Source: Candidatus Amesbacteria bacterium GW2011_GWB1_47_19 (GTDB lineage: Bacteria > Patescibacteriota > Microgenomatia > CAZETR01 > Amesbacteraceae). From it: a DNA stretch of 64,000 nucleotides. The notes below the pieces were generated by a model. The model saw only the letters and a program-made list of their open reading frames with translations, had not been told where the DNA came from and ran no database searches. Location of the stretch: the NCBI GenBank assembly GCA_001002325.1, contig LCNZ01000005.1, forward strand, positions 18,274 through 82,273, given 5' to 3'. A program made the position numbers and the translations under genes. This document shows positions 51,428 to 61,527 of the stretch, piece after piece; within the stretch, counting starts at the first letter, position 1, and each line of letters begins with the position of its first letter.

Positions 51428-53080
51428 TTAAGTTTGGGGGAGGGTGGAGAGGAGGTTGCGGCCGGTCATATTGATGGGGATGGGAATTTTCATAAGCGAC
51501 AACAGAGTGGGTGCGACATCGGCAAGTATACCCTGGGAAACCTGGGCAGAAAAACGCATGGAATTGCCGGCTACAATAAACGGCACGGGATTGGCATTGT
51601 GCTCGGTATCCACGCCTCCCGTGGCCATATTTATCATTTCTTCAGCATTACCGTGATCTGCGGTTAATACCAGCACACCGTCGCTGCCGATTACCGTGGC
51701 GGCCAAATCGGTGAGACAGCTGTCAACGGTCTGACAAGCTTTGACCGTGGCTTCAATGTTTCCGGTATGTCCGACCATATCGGGGTTGGCATAATTTATG
51801 ACAATCAGGTCATGGTTGGCAGAGCGGATCATGGCAATCACCCTGTCGGTAATTTCCCTGGCTGACATTTCCGGTTTTTTGTCATATGTGGGGACATTGG
51901 GGGATGGAATAATCAGGCGGTCTTCACCAATAAACGCCTCTTCACGAAGTCCGTTAAAATAGTAAGTGACAAACCGCTCTTTTTCGGATTCACAGATACG
52001 CAGCTGACGCAGGCCATGATCAGCAACGACGCGACCCAAAGGGTTTTCCACCACTTGTGGAGGAAAAGCGACATTAACAGGAAGATTTTTTTCATATTCG
52101 GTCATGGTGACAAAAAACAGATTTTTGAGCATTTTGGGACGGGAAAAAGGCTGCTGTTTTGATACCATGGAAGCGTCTATCTCATGCTTTTTGAGGTATT
52201 TGATAGCATAAGGGTCGAACCCGACAATGTTGGCGGTTTTTTCGAAATCGGGCAGGACAAAGGATTTTGCCAGCTGCCGGGGACGGTCAATGCGAAAATT
52301 GACGAAAATTACAGCATCGTTATCTTTTATGAGAGCTGTGGGACGGTTGTCGGAATCGGTAATGATCGTAGGTTCGACAAATTCATCAGTCTGGTTGGCG
52401 GCATAGGACTGAGTGATGACCTGTTCCACGGAAGAAGCGGTTTTACCCCGACCTTCGGTGAGACAAAAATAAGCTTTCGCTGTTCGGTCCCAGCGAAAAT
52501 CTCGGTCCATGGCATAATACCTGCCCATGACAGAGGCGATTTTGCCGATACCCTCGCGAGCAATAACGGTCTGTAATTGTTTGATATAAGTCATAGCGGC
52601 GGAAGGGGGTGAATCCCGCCCGTCAGTAAAAATATGCAAAAATATGTCAGGCAAAAGCTGTTCATGACAAAATCGGAGAAGGGCAAAGAAATGCGACAAA
52701 TCGGAATGGACTCCTCCACCCCCCACCAAACCCAGGAGATGCAGACGGGATTTGTGGGCGGTGAGGTGCTTGGCGGCAGAGATCAGAGCGGTATTCTGAA
52801 AGAAACTGCCGTCGGCGATGGACATGTTAATCCGGGGTAAATCCTGGTAAATAATACGGCCGGCTCCCAGATTTAAGTGGCCGGTTTCGGTATTGCCGGG
52901 TTCACGTTTGGGCAGACCCACGGATTCACCGTGAGCTATCAGCTGGGTGTGGACATAAGCCGAAGACAGAGAAGAAAAAGTTGGGGTATTTGCCTGGGAA
53001 ATGGCGTTTCCCTTTCCGGGAGGGGCAATGCCCCAACCATCCAGTATTGCTAAAACGACTTGTCGGATATTTTTGGCCAT
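51428..53080 (-). CDS. gpmI: 2,3-bisphosphoglycerate-independent phosphoglycerate mutase
   Basis: VLAILDGWG start motif and the iPGM metalloenzyme core. Start chosen at MAKNIRQ (the ORF extends further upstream). Confidence 0.9.
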   Translation of the reverse strand: MAKNIRQVVLAILDGWGIAPPGKGNAISQANTPTFSSLSSAYVHTQLIAHGESVGLPKREPGNTETGHLNLGAGRIIYQDLPRINMSIADGSFFQNTALISAAKHLTAHKSRLHLLGLVGGGGVHSDLSHFFALLRFCHEQLLPDIFLHIFTDGRDSPPSAAMTYIKQLQTVIAREGIGKIASVMGRYYAMDRDFRWDRTAKAYFCLTEGRGKTASSVEQVITQSYAANQTDEFVEPTIITDSDNRPTALIKDNDAVIFVNFRIDRPRQLAKSFVLPDFEKTANIVGFDPYAIKYLKKHEIDASMVSKQQPFSRPKMLKNLFFVTMTEYEKNLPVNVAFPPQVVENPLGRVVADHGLRQLRICESEKERFVTYYFNGLREEAFIGEDRLIIPSPNVPTYDKKPEMSAREITDRVIAMIRSANHDLIVINYANPDMVGHTGNIEATVKACQTVDSCLTDLAATVIGSDGVLVLTADHGNAEEMINMATGGVDTEHNANPVPFIVAGNSMRFSAQVSQGILADVAPTLLSLMKIPIPINMTGRNLLSTLPQT

Positions 53081-53106
53081 ATCGCTATTAATTAAATATA
53101 ACACTT

Positions 53107-54171
53107 GTGATAGCATTAACTCAAAAGCGGATGATAATTGAATTAATTGAACCCAGGAAAATAATTTCGTCGATGGGAAGCGATACGGTGGAGGTGAGGA
53201 TGGTGACTGCGGCCGGGGAATATACGGCATCCGTTCCGGCAGGAATCTCCGCCGGAAAATATGAGGTATCAAAAGTGTCTCCTGAGGAAGCGATAGTCCA
53301 AATAGATGAATTTAAGAAAGAATTAACAGGGAAGGAATTTAATCAGCTGGGGTTGGACGAAATATTAAATAAATCCAATTTGGGGGGAAATGCCAAACTG
53401 GCGGTGTCGGCGGCTTTCTGGAAATCGGAAGTCAGATCAAAACTCAGAAAATATCAAAAATTTCCTAAGCTGTTCACACTAATGTTTGAAGGAGGCAAAC
53501 ACGGAAATCCGGAAATTACCATACAGGAAATTGCAGTGGTGGAAGATACAGTAAATACAGCTGTGATTGATTTTCAGGTGCTGAAAAAATATCTTGAAAA
53601 TCAAGGGACGGAGACGACCGTGGGGGCTGAAGGGGCATTTTCTCCGAAAGACTGGGATAACGAACGAGTTTTACAAACCATAAGCGATGTGTTTGGAGAG
53701 AAAAAAATGGCTTTGGATATGGCCGGAAGTTTTATTCCCGATTCATTGAATATAAAGGAAATTATCGCAAAGTATCCGGTGTTTTCCGTGGAGGATCCGT
53801 TTGACGATGAAAGCTGGAATGAATGGAAAACATTTTATGAAGATTATAAAGACAAAATATTGATAGTAGGTGACGATTTGACAGCGACGAACCCAATCCG
53901 ATTGCAGATGGCAACCAATCCCAGAGTTATTAATGCAATGGTAATTAAGCCAAACCAGAACGGGACGATCAGCGGAACCATAGAAACTGCCAAAATAGCC
54001 AGAGAAAACGGTATAGCAACTGTGGTTTCCCACCGGGGTGAAGAGACGGATGATGACTGGCTGGTAGACCTGGCTTTAGAAATAGAAGCTGATTATGTGA
54101 AGTTCGGCGGATTGGAAAGAGGAGAACGGGTGGCAAAGTATAACAGACTCAGAGAATTGGGAATGACATAA
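53107..54171 (+). CDS. Enolase-like paralog (short, 354 aa) with conserved catalytic and metal residues
   Basis: DTVEVRMVTAAGEYTASVPAGIS...; ALDMAGSF; SVEDPFDDESW; IVGDDLTATN; VIKPNQNGTISGT; SHRGEETDD; VKFGG. Confidence 0.6.
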   Translation: MIALTQKRMIIELIEPRKIISSMGSDTVEVRMVTAAGEYTASVPAGISAGKYEVSKVSPEEAIVQIDEFKKELTGKEFNQLGLDEILNKSNLGGNAKLAVSAAFWKSEVRSKLRKYQKFPKLFTLMFEGGKHGNPEITIQEIAVVEDTVNTAVIDFQVLKKYLENQGTETTVGAEGAFSPKDWDNERVLQTISDVFGEKKMALDMAGSFIPDSLNIKEIIAKYPVFSVEDPFDDESWNEWKTFYEDYKDKILIVGDDLTATNPIRLQMATNPRVINAMVIKPNQNGTISGTIETAKIARENGIATVVSHRGEETDDDWLVDLALEIEADYVKFGGLERGERVAKYNRLRELGMT

Positions 54172-55431
54172 TCAACGAGTGGAAGAAATTTCGGTATCGA
54201 TGGAAAGGAAATGGTTGTACTTGGCTACTCTTTCTCCGCGAGCAGGCGCACCGAATTTGGCATAATCCGCTCCTACCCCGACGGCAAAGTCGGCAATAAA
54301 GGTGTCGTTGGTCTCTCCTGAACGGTGGGTAATGTTAATTTTCCATCCGGCGTCCCTGGCTTTTTTAACCGCTGCGATGGCCTCGGAAACGGTGCCGATT
54401 TGATTTGGTTTGATGATAGCCCCATTGCAGGCTTTTTCGGCGATAGCTTTGGAAATTTTGGTCAGGTTGGTAGCCAGCAAATCGTCGCCGACGATAGTGG
54501 TATTCTGGCCAAGCTCCGAAGTAATCTGAGTCCAACCTTTCCAGTCATTTTCGTGCAGAGGGTCTTCTAAAAGACGTAAATGGTATTGCTTGTTGAGATC
54601 CCGAAGATACTCTATGAATTCGGAAGTATCCATGGGAGAGCTGCGATCCTTGATGGTATATCGGCCATCCTTGTAAAAACTATCGGAAGCTACGTCCAAG
54701 CCAAGTTCCACGTCGATCTGGGGTTGTTTCTTGCACTCAATAATCGCCTCGCTTAATATTTCCAGTGCATCCAGATTGGTAAAAAGATTTGGAGCAAAAC
54801 CGCCTTCGTCACCGACGCTGTGAATCGCACCCCGACGGACAAGCAGATTTTTTATCGAATGGTAAATTTCAGCGCCGGTTTGGAGCATTACTGAGAATGT
54901 GGATTTACGGCTGGGGATGATATGGAACTCCTGAAAATCCAGATTACCGGCGCCATGCTTGCCGCCGTTGATCATATTGAAAACAGGAGTGGGGATAAAC
55001 AGCTGGGAGCTGTTTTCAGCCAGTGTGGCAATATAGCGATAAAGCGGAAGAGAAGCCGCCTGGGCCAGAACTTTTGTGACAGACATAGAGACTCCCAACA
55101 GGGAGTTAGCCCCGAAACGGCTCTTGCTGGGGGTACCGTCCAATTGATTTAATATGTTATCCACCTCTTTGACTGTGGAAAAATCCATGCCCACAAGCTT
55201 GGCAGCAATCTCCCGGTTTACGTGGCCCACTGCCTGCAGAACACCTTTTCCGAAATAACGATTGGGGTCGTTGTCGCGCAGTTCAGACGAGTCCGGTATA
55301 CCGATTGAGGATCCCGAAGGGACTGAAGAAACACCGTATTGGCCGGTGTCAAGTATGGCTATGACTTCAACCGTAGGAGTAGCCCGTGAATCCAGGATTT
55401 CTCTGGCGTAAAGCTGTTTAAGTTTGGCCAT
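54172..55431 (-). CDS. eno: Enolase
   Basis: ILDSRATPTVEV, IKPNQIGTVSEAI, SHRSGETNDTFIADFAV, full-length 419 aa. Confidence 0.92.
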   Translation of the reverse strand: MAKLKQLYAREILDSRATPTVEVIAILDTGQYGVSSVPSGSSIGIPDSSELRDNDPNRYFGKGVLQAVGHVNREIAAKLVGMDFSTVKEVDNILNQLDGTPSKSRFGANSLLGVSMSVTKVLAQAASLPLYRYIATLAENSSQLFIPTPVFNMINGGKHGAGNLDFQEFHIIPSRKSTFSVMLQTGAEIYHSIKNLLVRRGAIHSVGDEGGFAPNLFTNLDALEILSEAIIECKKQPQIDVELGLDVASDSFYKDGRYTIKDRSSPMDTSEFIEYLRDLNKQYHLRLLEDPLHENDWKGWTQITSELGQNTTIVGDDLLATNLTKISKAIAEKACNGAIIKPNQIGTVSEAIAAVKKARDAGWKINITHRSGETNDTFIADFAVGVGADYAKFGAPARGERVAKYNHFLSIDTEISSTR

Positions 55432-57745
55432 AAGGATGATTAGTTTTTAATGAAATAAGCTTTTCCTCACAATGGTATACGATTTCCCGGGTGCGGGCAA
55501 TAGCGTCAGGATTAACAGAGATGCTGGTAATACCCCAGGAAACGAGTTTTTCCACCAGATCCGGATACTGGGAGGGTGCCTGACCGCAAATACTGCAAAG
55601 AATTCCTCTTTTGACACAGGTTTTGATGGTTTTTTCTAATGCCCAGAGCACTGCAGGGTTCAGTTCACTGAACTGGGATGCGACTTCTGAGTTGTCACGG
55701 TCTATTCCCAGAATCAGCATGGTGAGGTCGTTACTGCCGATAGATACGCCGTCGATACCGACATCAATGAAGTCGTCCAGAAGGATGACGTTGGCCGGAA
55801 TTTCCACCATCATGTAAAGCTTGAAAGATGAAGATCGATAGAGACCGGCGGCAGCTACCAATTTTTTTACTTCGGTCAGTTCAAATACGGTAGATACGAA
55901 AGGTATCATCAAATGCAGATTTTTCAGGTCCATTTTGTGACGGACGAGTTTAATGGCTTCCAATTCCAAATTGAATACCTCCGGGGTTTTGATATAACGG
56001 AATGCTCCCCTGAAACCGAGCATAGGATTGGATTCTTCTGGTTCGAACTTCTCCCCTCCCTTAAGAGCCCGGTATTCGTTGGTTTTGAAATCTGTTGCCC
56101 GGTAAATCACAGGGCGGGGGTGGAAGGCTTTGCAAAAGATGCCGATGTCTTGAGCCAACTTATTTATAAATTGAAGGCTTTTACCCTCGGCGATGAGTTT
56201 TTTGGGATGAATGCCGATACCGGCTATCATGAATTCAGCCCGCAGGAGACCAACACCGTCGACGTGGATGGTGGAGATTTTTTCCGCCAGATCAGGCTCG
56301 GCCAAATTGACATAAATTTTGGTTGCGGTTTTTAATAAAGAATCCGGAGGCGGTTTTTTGGGATCGGACTGAGCTACCTGTATGGAAGATCGGGGTAATG
56401 AACCTTTGAAAACTTCCCCCGTGACTCCATTTACGGTGATAATCATACCTTCTTTAAGGAATTTGGTGGCCGTGGTGGTGCCGACTACACAGGGTACACC
56501 TAATTCCCGGGAAACGATGGCAGCATGGGAGGTTAGCCCACCCCGGTTGGTAACTATTGCCGAGGCCCGTTTCATGGCCGGGACAAAGTCTGGTGTGGTC
56601 ATATCGGTTACCAAAATGTCGCCTGTTTTGACTTTGTCCAAATGTTTGGTATCCGGAACCAGGCGGACTGGCCCCGAAGCTATTCCGGGGGATGCGGGGG
56701 CTCCGGTAAGTATTGATTTACCGAGATTTTTTGTCAGATCTGCGGGTACGGCGGACTGTTTTTCACCCAAAGTAGTAATGGGCCGGCTCTGGGTGATAAA
56801 CAAGCGATCCTTATATAAAGCCCATTCTATGTCCTGGGGAAAAAAATAATGATGATGGACCTTTTTTCCGATTTTGGCCAGTTCAATAATATATTTATCC
56901 GATAATTTCTGGTGTTTGCGACGGGAACGGGGAACCGGCAGTTGTTTGACACCCAAGGTTTTCCTGACTTCCATCACTTCCTGATTGCTGATTTGGCGCG
57001 AACGGATTTCCAGATCTGACTTTGAGACTTCATAATGATCGGGAGTAACCACACCCTGAACAATATAATCACCCAGGCCATAAATGGCTTCTATCACCAG
57101 AAGGTTTTTGTCCTGGGTTATGGGGTCGATTGTGAACATGACTCCCGAGACTTCTGATTGAACCATCTGCTGAACAGGAACGGCAATACCGACTTTGAAA
57201 TGGTCGAATTTTTTTTGGACCCGATAGAAAATGCTTCTTTCACCGAAAAGCGACAGCCAACACTCCTTAACTTTTAAAAGGACGTTGGAGTCTCCTGAAA
57301 TGTTGAGATAAGATTCCTGCTGACCGGCAAACGAAGCGTCCGGCAAATCCTCGGCGGTGGCAGATGAACGGACAGCCACGGGAATATTTGACCCCAGATT
57401 CCAGTGATCAATATTGAGTTGATGGTAAGCGGAAAATATTTCTGCGGAAACTGCCGGCGGCATTTCGGCGTGATCCAACAAATGCCTGACTTTTTGTGAA
57501 GCCTGTCTGAGCTGTGCCGGGTCCAGGACGTCGACGGAAGACAACAATTGATGGATTTGAGAGCGAAGGCGGTTGTGTTCCAGAAAATTGAAGTAGGCGT
57601 CGGCAATAACCACAAATCCCGGAGGCACGGGAATTCCGGCCGAGGTTAATTCTCCGAGATTGGCTCCTTTACCACCGGCTATATCGATGTCCTCTTTTCC
57701 CAACTGGTCAAACCAGCGGATATATTTATATTTTTTTAATTTCAT
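55418..57745 (-). CDS. ppsA: Phosphoenolpyruvate synthase (pyruvate, water dikinase)
   Basis: N-terminal ATP-grasp GGKGANLGEL, phospho-His domain TNRGGLTSHAAIVSRELGVPCVVG, C-terminal PEP-utilising TIM barrel. 775 aa. Confidence 0.8.
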   Translation of the reverse strand: MKLKKYKYIRWFDQLGKEDIDIAGGKGANLGELTSAGIPVPPGFVVIADAYFNFLEHNRLRSQIHQLLSSVDVLDPAQLRQASQKVRHLLDHAEMPPAVSAEIFSAYHQLNIDHWNLGSNIPVAVRSSATAEDLPDASFAGQQESYLNISGDSNVLLKVKECWLSLFGERSIFYRVQKKFDHFKVGIAVPVQQMVQSEVSGVMFTIDPITQDKNLLVIEAIYGLGDYIVQGVVTPDHYEVSKSDLEIRSRQISNQEVMEVRKTLGVKQLPVPRSRRKHQKLSDKYIIELAKIGKKVHHHYFFPQDIEWALYKDRLFITQSRPITTLGEKQSAVPADLTKNLGKSILTGAPASPGIASGPVRLVPDTKHLDKVKTGDILVTDMTTPDFVPAMKRASAIVTNRGGLTSHAAIVSRELGVPCVVGTTTATKFLKEGMIITVNGVTGEVFKGSLPRSSIQVAQSDPKKPPPDSLLKTATKIYVNLAEPDLAEKISTIHVDGVGLLRAEFMIAGIGIHPKKLIAEGKSLQFINKLAQDIGIFCKAFHPRPVIYRATDFKTNEYRALKGGEKFEPEESNPMLGFRGAFRYIKTPEVFNLELEAIKLVRHKMDLKNLHLMIPFVSTVFELTEVKKLVAAAGLYRSSSFKLYMMVEIPANVILLDDFIDVGIDGVSIGSNDLTMLILGIDRDNSEVASQFSELNPAVLWALEKTIKTCVKRGILCSICGQAPSQYPDLVEKLVSWGITSISVNPDAIARTREIVYHCEEKLISLKTNHPYGQT

Positions 57746-60122
57746 CCTTGTACCAGTCTACCCAAGGAATAGGTCCGGGGTCAATGTGATTTAACAGAGA
57801 TAAATAATAAGCTATAAAACTACCGGTCTGTACCAAATCCATCGACTCAAAGAAACGGGACGGCCCGACAGGTTTGAGGCTTATGACGGGTAAGTGATGG
57901 CGAGTTACGGCAGAAACTGTGACAGGCAGAGTGCGGTTAATTTCCGGGTTATAAAGATCGGAGCCGATAATAACAAAAACCAGGTTTTGGGGAAGAGTTG
58001 AAGGAAAAGTCAATCCTTCCAACAAGTGGTGGTTGGCTTCGGGAACGTCAAACAGAACCGCAAATGTCTTGGCGTTTTCATTTATCTGATTTTTAAATCC
58101 ATGCGCCGGCCCTTTGAGATGTTCTGAGGCAATGAGGACAGGGATGCGGCCGACCAGCTGTTTGGCCAGATTGAAATATGAGTCGGCTAATTCCTGACGT
58201 TTTTTCAGGAAATCGGGCAAATGGTTTAGGTCCTTTATGGGATGAATCAGGCGGCATCGGGAAAGCAATGTGATCAATGCCAGTATGCTGTAACCTAAAC
58301 CCATACGAGGCTGGGTGGAGGGGTTTGCATCAGTTGAAAAAACATAGTGAGGCAGATTTTGGTCGAGGGCAACTTCGGCCAACTTTCCTCCACTGGTAAG
58401 AATATAAATTTGGGCTCCTCGGCTACGGGCTTCGGCCAGTGAGGTGAGAGTCTCTTCGGTATTACCGGAGTAACTGGATATGACTACCAAAGAATTATTG
58501 TCGACAAAATTCGGTAAATGGTATTCAGTCGAAACTACGATAGGGATTTTCAGCTGCTGGCGCTCCAAACCGGCGATAATCCGCCCACCCAGGGCGGATC
58601 CACCCATTCCGGAAATAACGATGTTTTTGGACAGGAAACATGATTCGGGAATATACTGCTGTACCAGATCTCTGATAACCTGGGAACATTGGTCCGGAAA
58701 GGAGGTAATCGAATCACCTACCCTGAGAGAATCCTGGGACTCAAGTTCGGACAGAGATTGATAACCTGAAGTGGTTGTATTAACGGAGGGATTGATAAGA
58801 CCTTTCAGCCAGGCAAGATTTTCCTGGCCGAGTTTTTCACAGCGGGATTTATCGTTACTTTGAACGTACACTCTGAATTCGGGCGCATTACCGGATCCGC
58901 GGAATAACAGCCAATCATGATTGTTCAGTATTACTTTCAGACCGTCCGTGGCGTCAATATCATGAGAGGAATATTTTTCGCGAACCCGGTCGAGAATGTA
59001 GGCATATTTGGAAAAAGGACAGTCTGATTTTTCGCGGAAAAGATAGAATTTTGGGAGTGTGGCGACAGATCGGGAAAGACTGCCTCCCCGGTGTTTGAGG
59101 TAGTTGAGCATTTTTATAAGAGTAGAGCCTCCGTCCCGGCCGTAAAATATTTCACTGCTGATACCGCCGCCATTGGCTTCGAACCCGAATTTTGAACCAT
59201 AACGTTTCATGGCTTCTATAACAAATGTGGAGCCGACTTTGGTACGGTAAACCTTTTTACCCAGGGCATCCACTACGGAGCTGGTACTGACGGGGGTAAC
59301 AAAAGAAGCAGAGTCACTAACAGATGCCAATAAAGAGCAGGAGTAGTCACCGGGAATATAATTTCCCTGCTCGTCGATAAAAACAATGCGATCACCGTCA
59401 ACATCAAATCCCAACCCCAGATCCGCACCTTTGGCCAATATGAGACGTGAGGCCTCTAAAAAAGAGGTGGAAATTTCCGTGTCACGGGGAACAAAATGAG
59501 GCGCCTGGATATCACATTCTTCGGTAGTGATGAAATCAAGACCCAGATCCGAAAGCAGAGCAGGCATGATTTGCGATTGGGTACCATTGGCAGTGTCCAG
59601 GACAATTTTCCAGGAGGGATAAGGCGTGTCTGCCAAATTCTTTAACATATCCAGATACAAATCCCTGGCTGCGTCGGATCTTGTCACCACCGGAATGACC
59701 TGGTTATCAGATGCAGGTGCGTCGTGTTGTGTAAATAAATTCTCGATTTCAATTTCCTGTTTTTTGTTGACTTCCTCACCGTCAAATAAAAATTTAACCC
59801 CGTTTAAATTCGCGGTAATATGGCTGCCGGTAATCATAACCGCTCCACCCAGGTAACCGGTTTGCTTTAAAAAGTAGGTGAGGCAGGGTGTGGGAATCAC
59901 ACCCTGGTCGGATATTTCCCAACCACATGCTGATAAACCTCTGATAACGTCAGTTTTAATGCGGGGGCTGCTGTCGCGGGGATCCATAGCAACAGCGATT
60001 TGGCCGGTTTTCCCTTTGGAAATGAGCCATGAACCGTAGGTATATCCCAGGCGAAAACAGAATTGGGGAGTGAAAAGCTGATCTGCTGGGCCACGAACAC
60101 CGCTGGTACCGAAAAGTTTCAT
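57726..60122 (-). CDS. Fusion protein: alpha-D-phosphohexomutase (PMM/PGM) N-terminal half plus bifunctional phosphoglucose/phosphomannose isomerase (SIS) C-terminal half
   Basis: N-terminal GTSGVRG and the TGSHITANLNG phosphoserine loop. C-terminal GMGGSALGGR plus the PGI/PMI C-domain. Confidence 0.7.
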   Translation of the reverse strand: MKLFGTSGVRGPADQLFTPQFCFRLGYTYGSWLISKGKTGQIAVAMDPRDSSPRIKTDVIRGLSACGWEISDQGVIPTPCLTYFLKQTGYLGGAVMITGSHITANLNGVKFLFDGEEVNKKQEIEIENLFTQHDAPASDNQVIPVVTRSDAARDLYLDMLKNLADTPYPSWKIVLDTANGTQSQIMPALLSDLGLDFITTEECDIQAPHFVPRDTEISTSFLEASRLILAKGADLGLGFDVDGDRIVFIDEQGNYIPGDYSCSLLASVSDSASFVTPVSTSSVVDALGKKVYRTKVGSTFVIEAMKRYGSKFGFEANGGGISSEIFYGRDGGSTLIKMLNYLKHRGGSLSRSVATLPKFYLFREKSDCPFSKYAYILDRVREKYSSHDIDATDGLKVILNNHDWLLFRGSGNAPEFRVYVQSNDKSRCEKLGQENLAWLKGLINPSVNTTTSGYQSLSELESQDSLRVGDSITSFPDQCSQVIRDLVQQYIPESCFLSKNIVISGMGGSALGGRIIAGLERQQLKIPIVVSTEYHLPNFVDNNSLVVISSYSGNTEETLTSLAEARSRGAQIYILTSGGKLAEVALDQNLPHYVFSTDANPSTQPRMGLGYSILALITLLSRCRLIHPIKDLNHLPDFLKKRQELADSYFNLAKQLVGRIPVLIASEHLKGPAHGFKNQINENAKTFAVLFDVPEANHHLLEGLTFPSTLPQNLVFVIIGSDLYNPEINRTLPVTVSAVTRHHLPVISLKPVGPSRFFESMDLVQTGSFIAYYLSLLNHIDPGPIPWVDWYKDEIKKI

Positions 60123-60135
60123 AGGCAGGACAAAA

Positions 60136-60852
60136 TTATCCTACATTTTTTAGGACCCAAAGTTCAAGAGCAGAAGCCAAATCGAAAGGGGAAGAAGATG
60201 TTTTTTGGGCATAATCCAGAGACAACAAACGGTCATTGGCCATAATCAATCCTTCAAGAGTAAAGCGGTCAGACAGAGATTTTAGTGATGACAATTGCCA
60301 GGCCGGGAAATTTCCTGTACCGTCTTTGACCATAATGAGTTTGTGTAACTGACCGGCCAACAGGGAAAAAACCAATTCGGGAGGTGAAACCTCCAATGCT
60401 CTGTGCAATGCCGGAAGGTTTAATGTATCCAGAAAACGGAAAACATATTTGGGATACTCAAATTTTCGGATATGAGATGAAGGAAAATCCCTGATCTGGG
60501 AGGATACATCCTTCGGTTCCCAAATTGAAACGGGAGAGGAGAGATGTGAAAGGAAATATTTAATTAGTTCACTCTTTTCAGAAGAAGGGCGGCGGGAAAA
60601 GATTTCTTCGACAAATATAGCTTTTGAATCGTTAAAAAGCGAATCCGATTCAAAGGAAAATGTCAGGTCGGGAAGTGTCAGGGTATGACCTGACAGAGTA
60701 ATAAGATGTTTATCTTCGGCGACAGCTGTAGATTTAAGCTTGAGGAAAAGTTCCCTGGAAGACAATTGGTTGTCGCCGTGGATGATGATTAATCCGGGAG
60801 ACGGGTTACTCATATGATTTGACGGAAAGTGAGTAATAAAGCTGATCGACAA
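60136..60852 (-). CDS. DNA polymerase III delta subunit-like (tentative)
   Basis: LIIIHGDN N-terminal motif and helical C-terminal part. Short. Weak call. Confidence 0.3.
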   Translation of the reverse strand: MSISFITHFPSNHMSNPSPGLIIIHGDNQLSSRELFLKLKSTAVAEDKHLITLSGHTLTLPDLTFSFESDSLFNDSKAIFVEEIFSRRPSSEKSELIKYFLSHLSSPVSIWEPKDVSSQIRDFPSSHIRKFEYPKYVFRFLDTLNLPALHRALEVSPPELVFSLLAGQLHKLIMVKDGTGNFPAWQLSSLKSLSDRFTLEGLIMANDRLLSLDYAQKTSSSPFDLASALELWVLKNVG

Positions 60853-61204
60853 GATCGTGATAGTGGCGGAAAGTCCTGCGTCCAGCGAGCCGCGAACGGT
60901 GCGGGACTAGAGCGCCGGAAAAAGTTTTTGGTACGTGTATTAATTCGTGTATAAGAACTTTTTCCTGGTCGGAAAGAGAAAGACGGTCAAATTTTTCGGC
61001 GATCACCTCCAGGCAATAATGAGGAGGGGTGTCCAGGGCAATCTGCCAAATTCGGGGAAGACTCCAAATTCTGGCAGTCGACCGTCCCTGAGAACCTTGG
61101 CTTCTGAAGCATATAATTCTTTCAGCGCGGATATGAGTCAATCGCAGTTGACTCACCAGAAAACTTATACGACTGGCAATGTCCGGAGCCGGTTTCCACT
61201 GCAT
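60806..61204 (-). CDS. putative HExxH metal-dependent hydrolase (DUF45/YgjP-like)
   Basis: LIHELIHVP motif. Confidence 0.4.
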   Translation of the reverse strand: MQWKPAPDIASRISFLVSQLRLTHIRAERIICFRSQGSQGRSTARIWSLPRIWQIALDTPPHYCLEVIAEKFDRLSLSDQEKVLIHELIHVPKTFSGALVPHRSRLAGRRTFRHYHDLVDQLYYSLSVKSYE

Positions 61205-61234
61205 AGGATGTAATGATACAGCAGAGGTGATAAT

Positions 61235-61492
61235 TTATCCGATTTTGACGATTTCATCCCCCGGTTTAACTGCCTGAGCGACTTTGAGTCCGATAGTGTC
61301 ACCCTTTTTGGCTGAAGTGACCTGCTGGTGTTCTACCTGCATAGAGTCAACTTTTTGAGAAAATTCGGCAGAACCGGAGACTCGGATATTTTCGCCCAGA
61401 GTCAGCCCGGCCGTGAGATCTACAACGGCTACTCCGATGTGATCGTAGTAGTGGGTGACATTACCTGCTTTGATGTCTGACGTGGAAATCAC
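61235..61492 (-). CDS. hypothetical small beta-barrel protein (EF-Tu domain-2-like)
   Basis: 85 aa ORF. Pattern only. Confidence 0.3.
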   Translation of the reverse strand: MISTSDIKAGNVTHYYDHIGVAVVDLTAGLTLGENIRVSGSAEFSQKVDSMQVEHQQVTSAKKGDTIGLKVAQAVKPGDEIVKIG

Positions 61493-61527
61493 CCCCTTTC
61501 TTTCAGGTGAGTATAGGATGAAGATCC

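Noticed and set aside
53081-53272. Upstream 64 codons of the gpmI ORF
   Set aside because: iPGM proteins start at the VLAILDGWG motif. The extension is Pro-rich low-complexity and overlaps the enolase-like gene start region.
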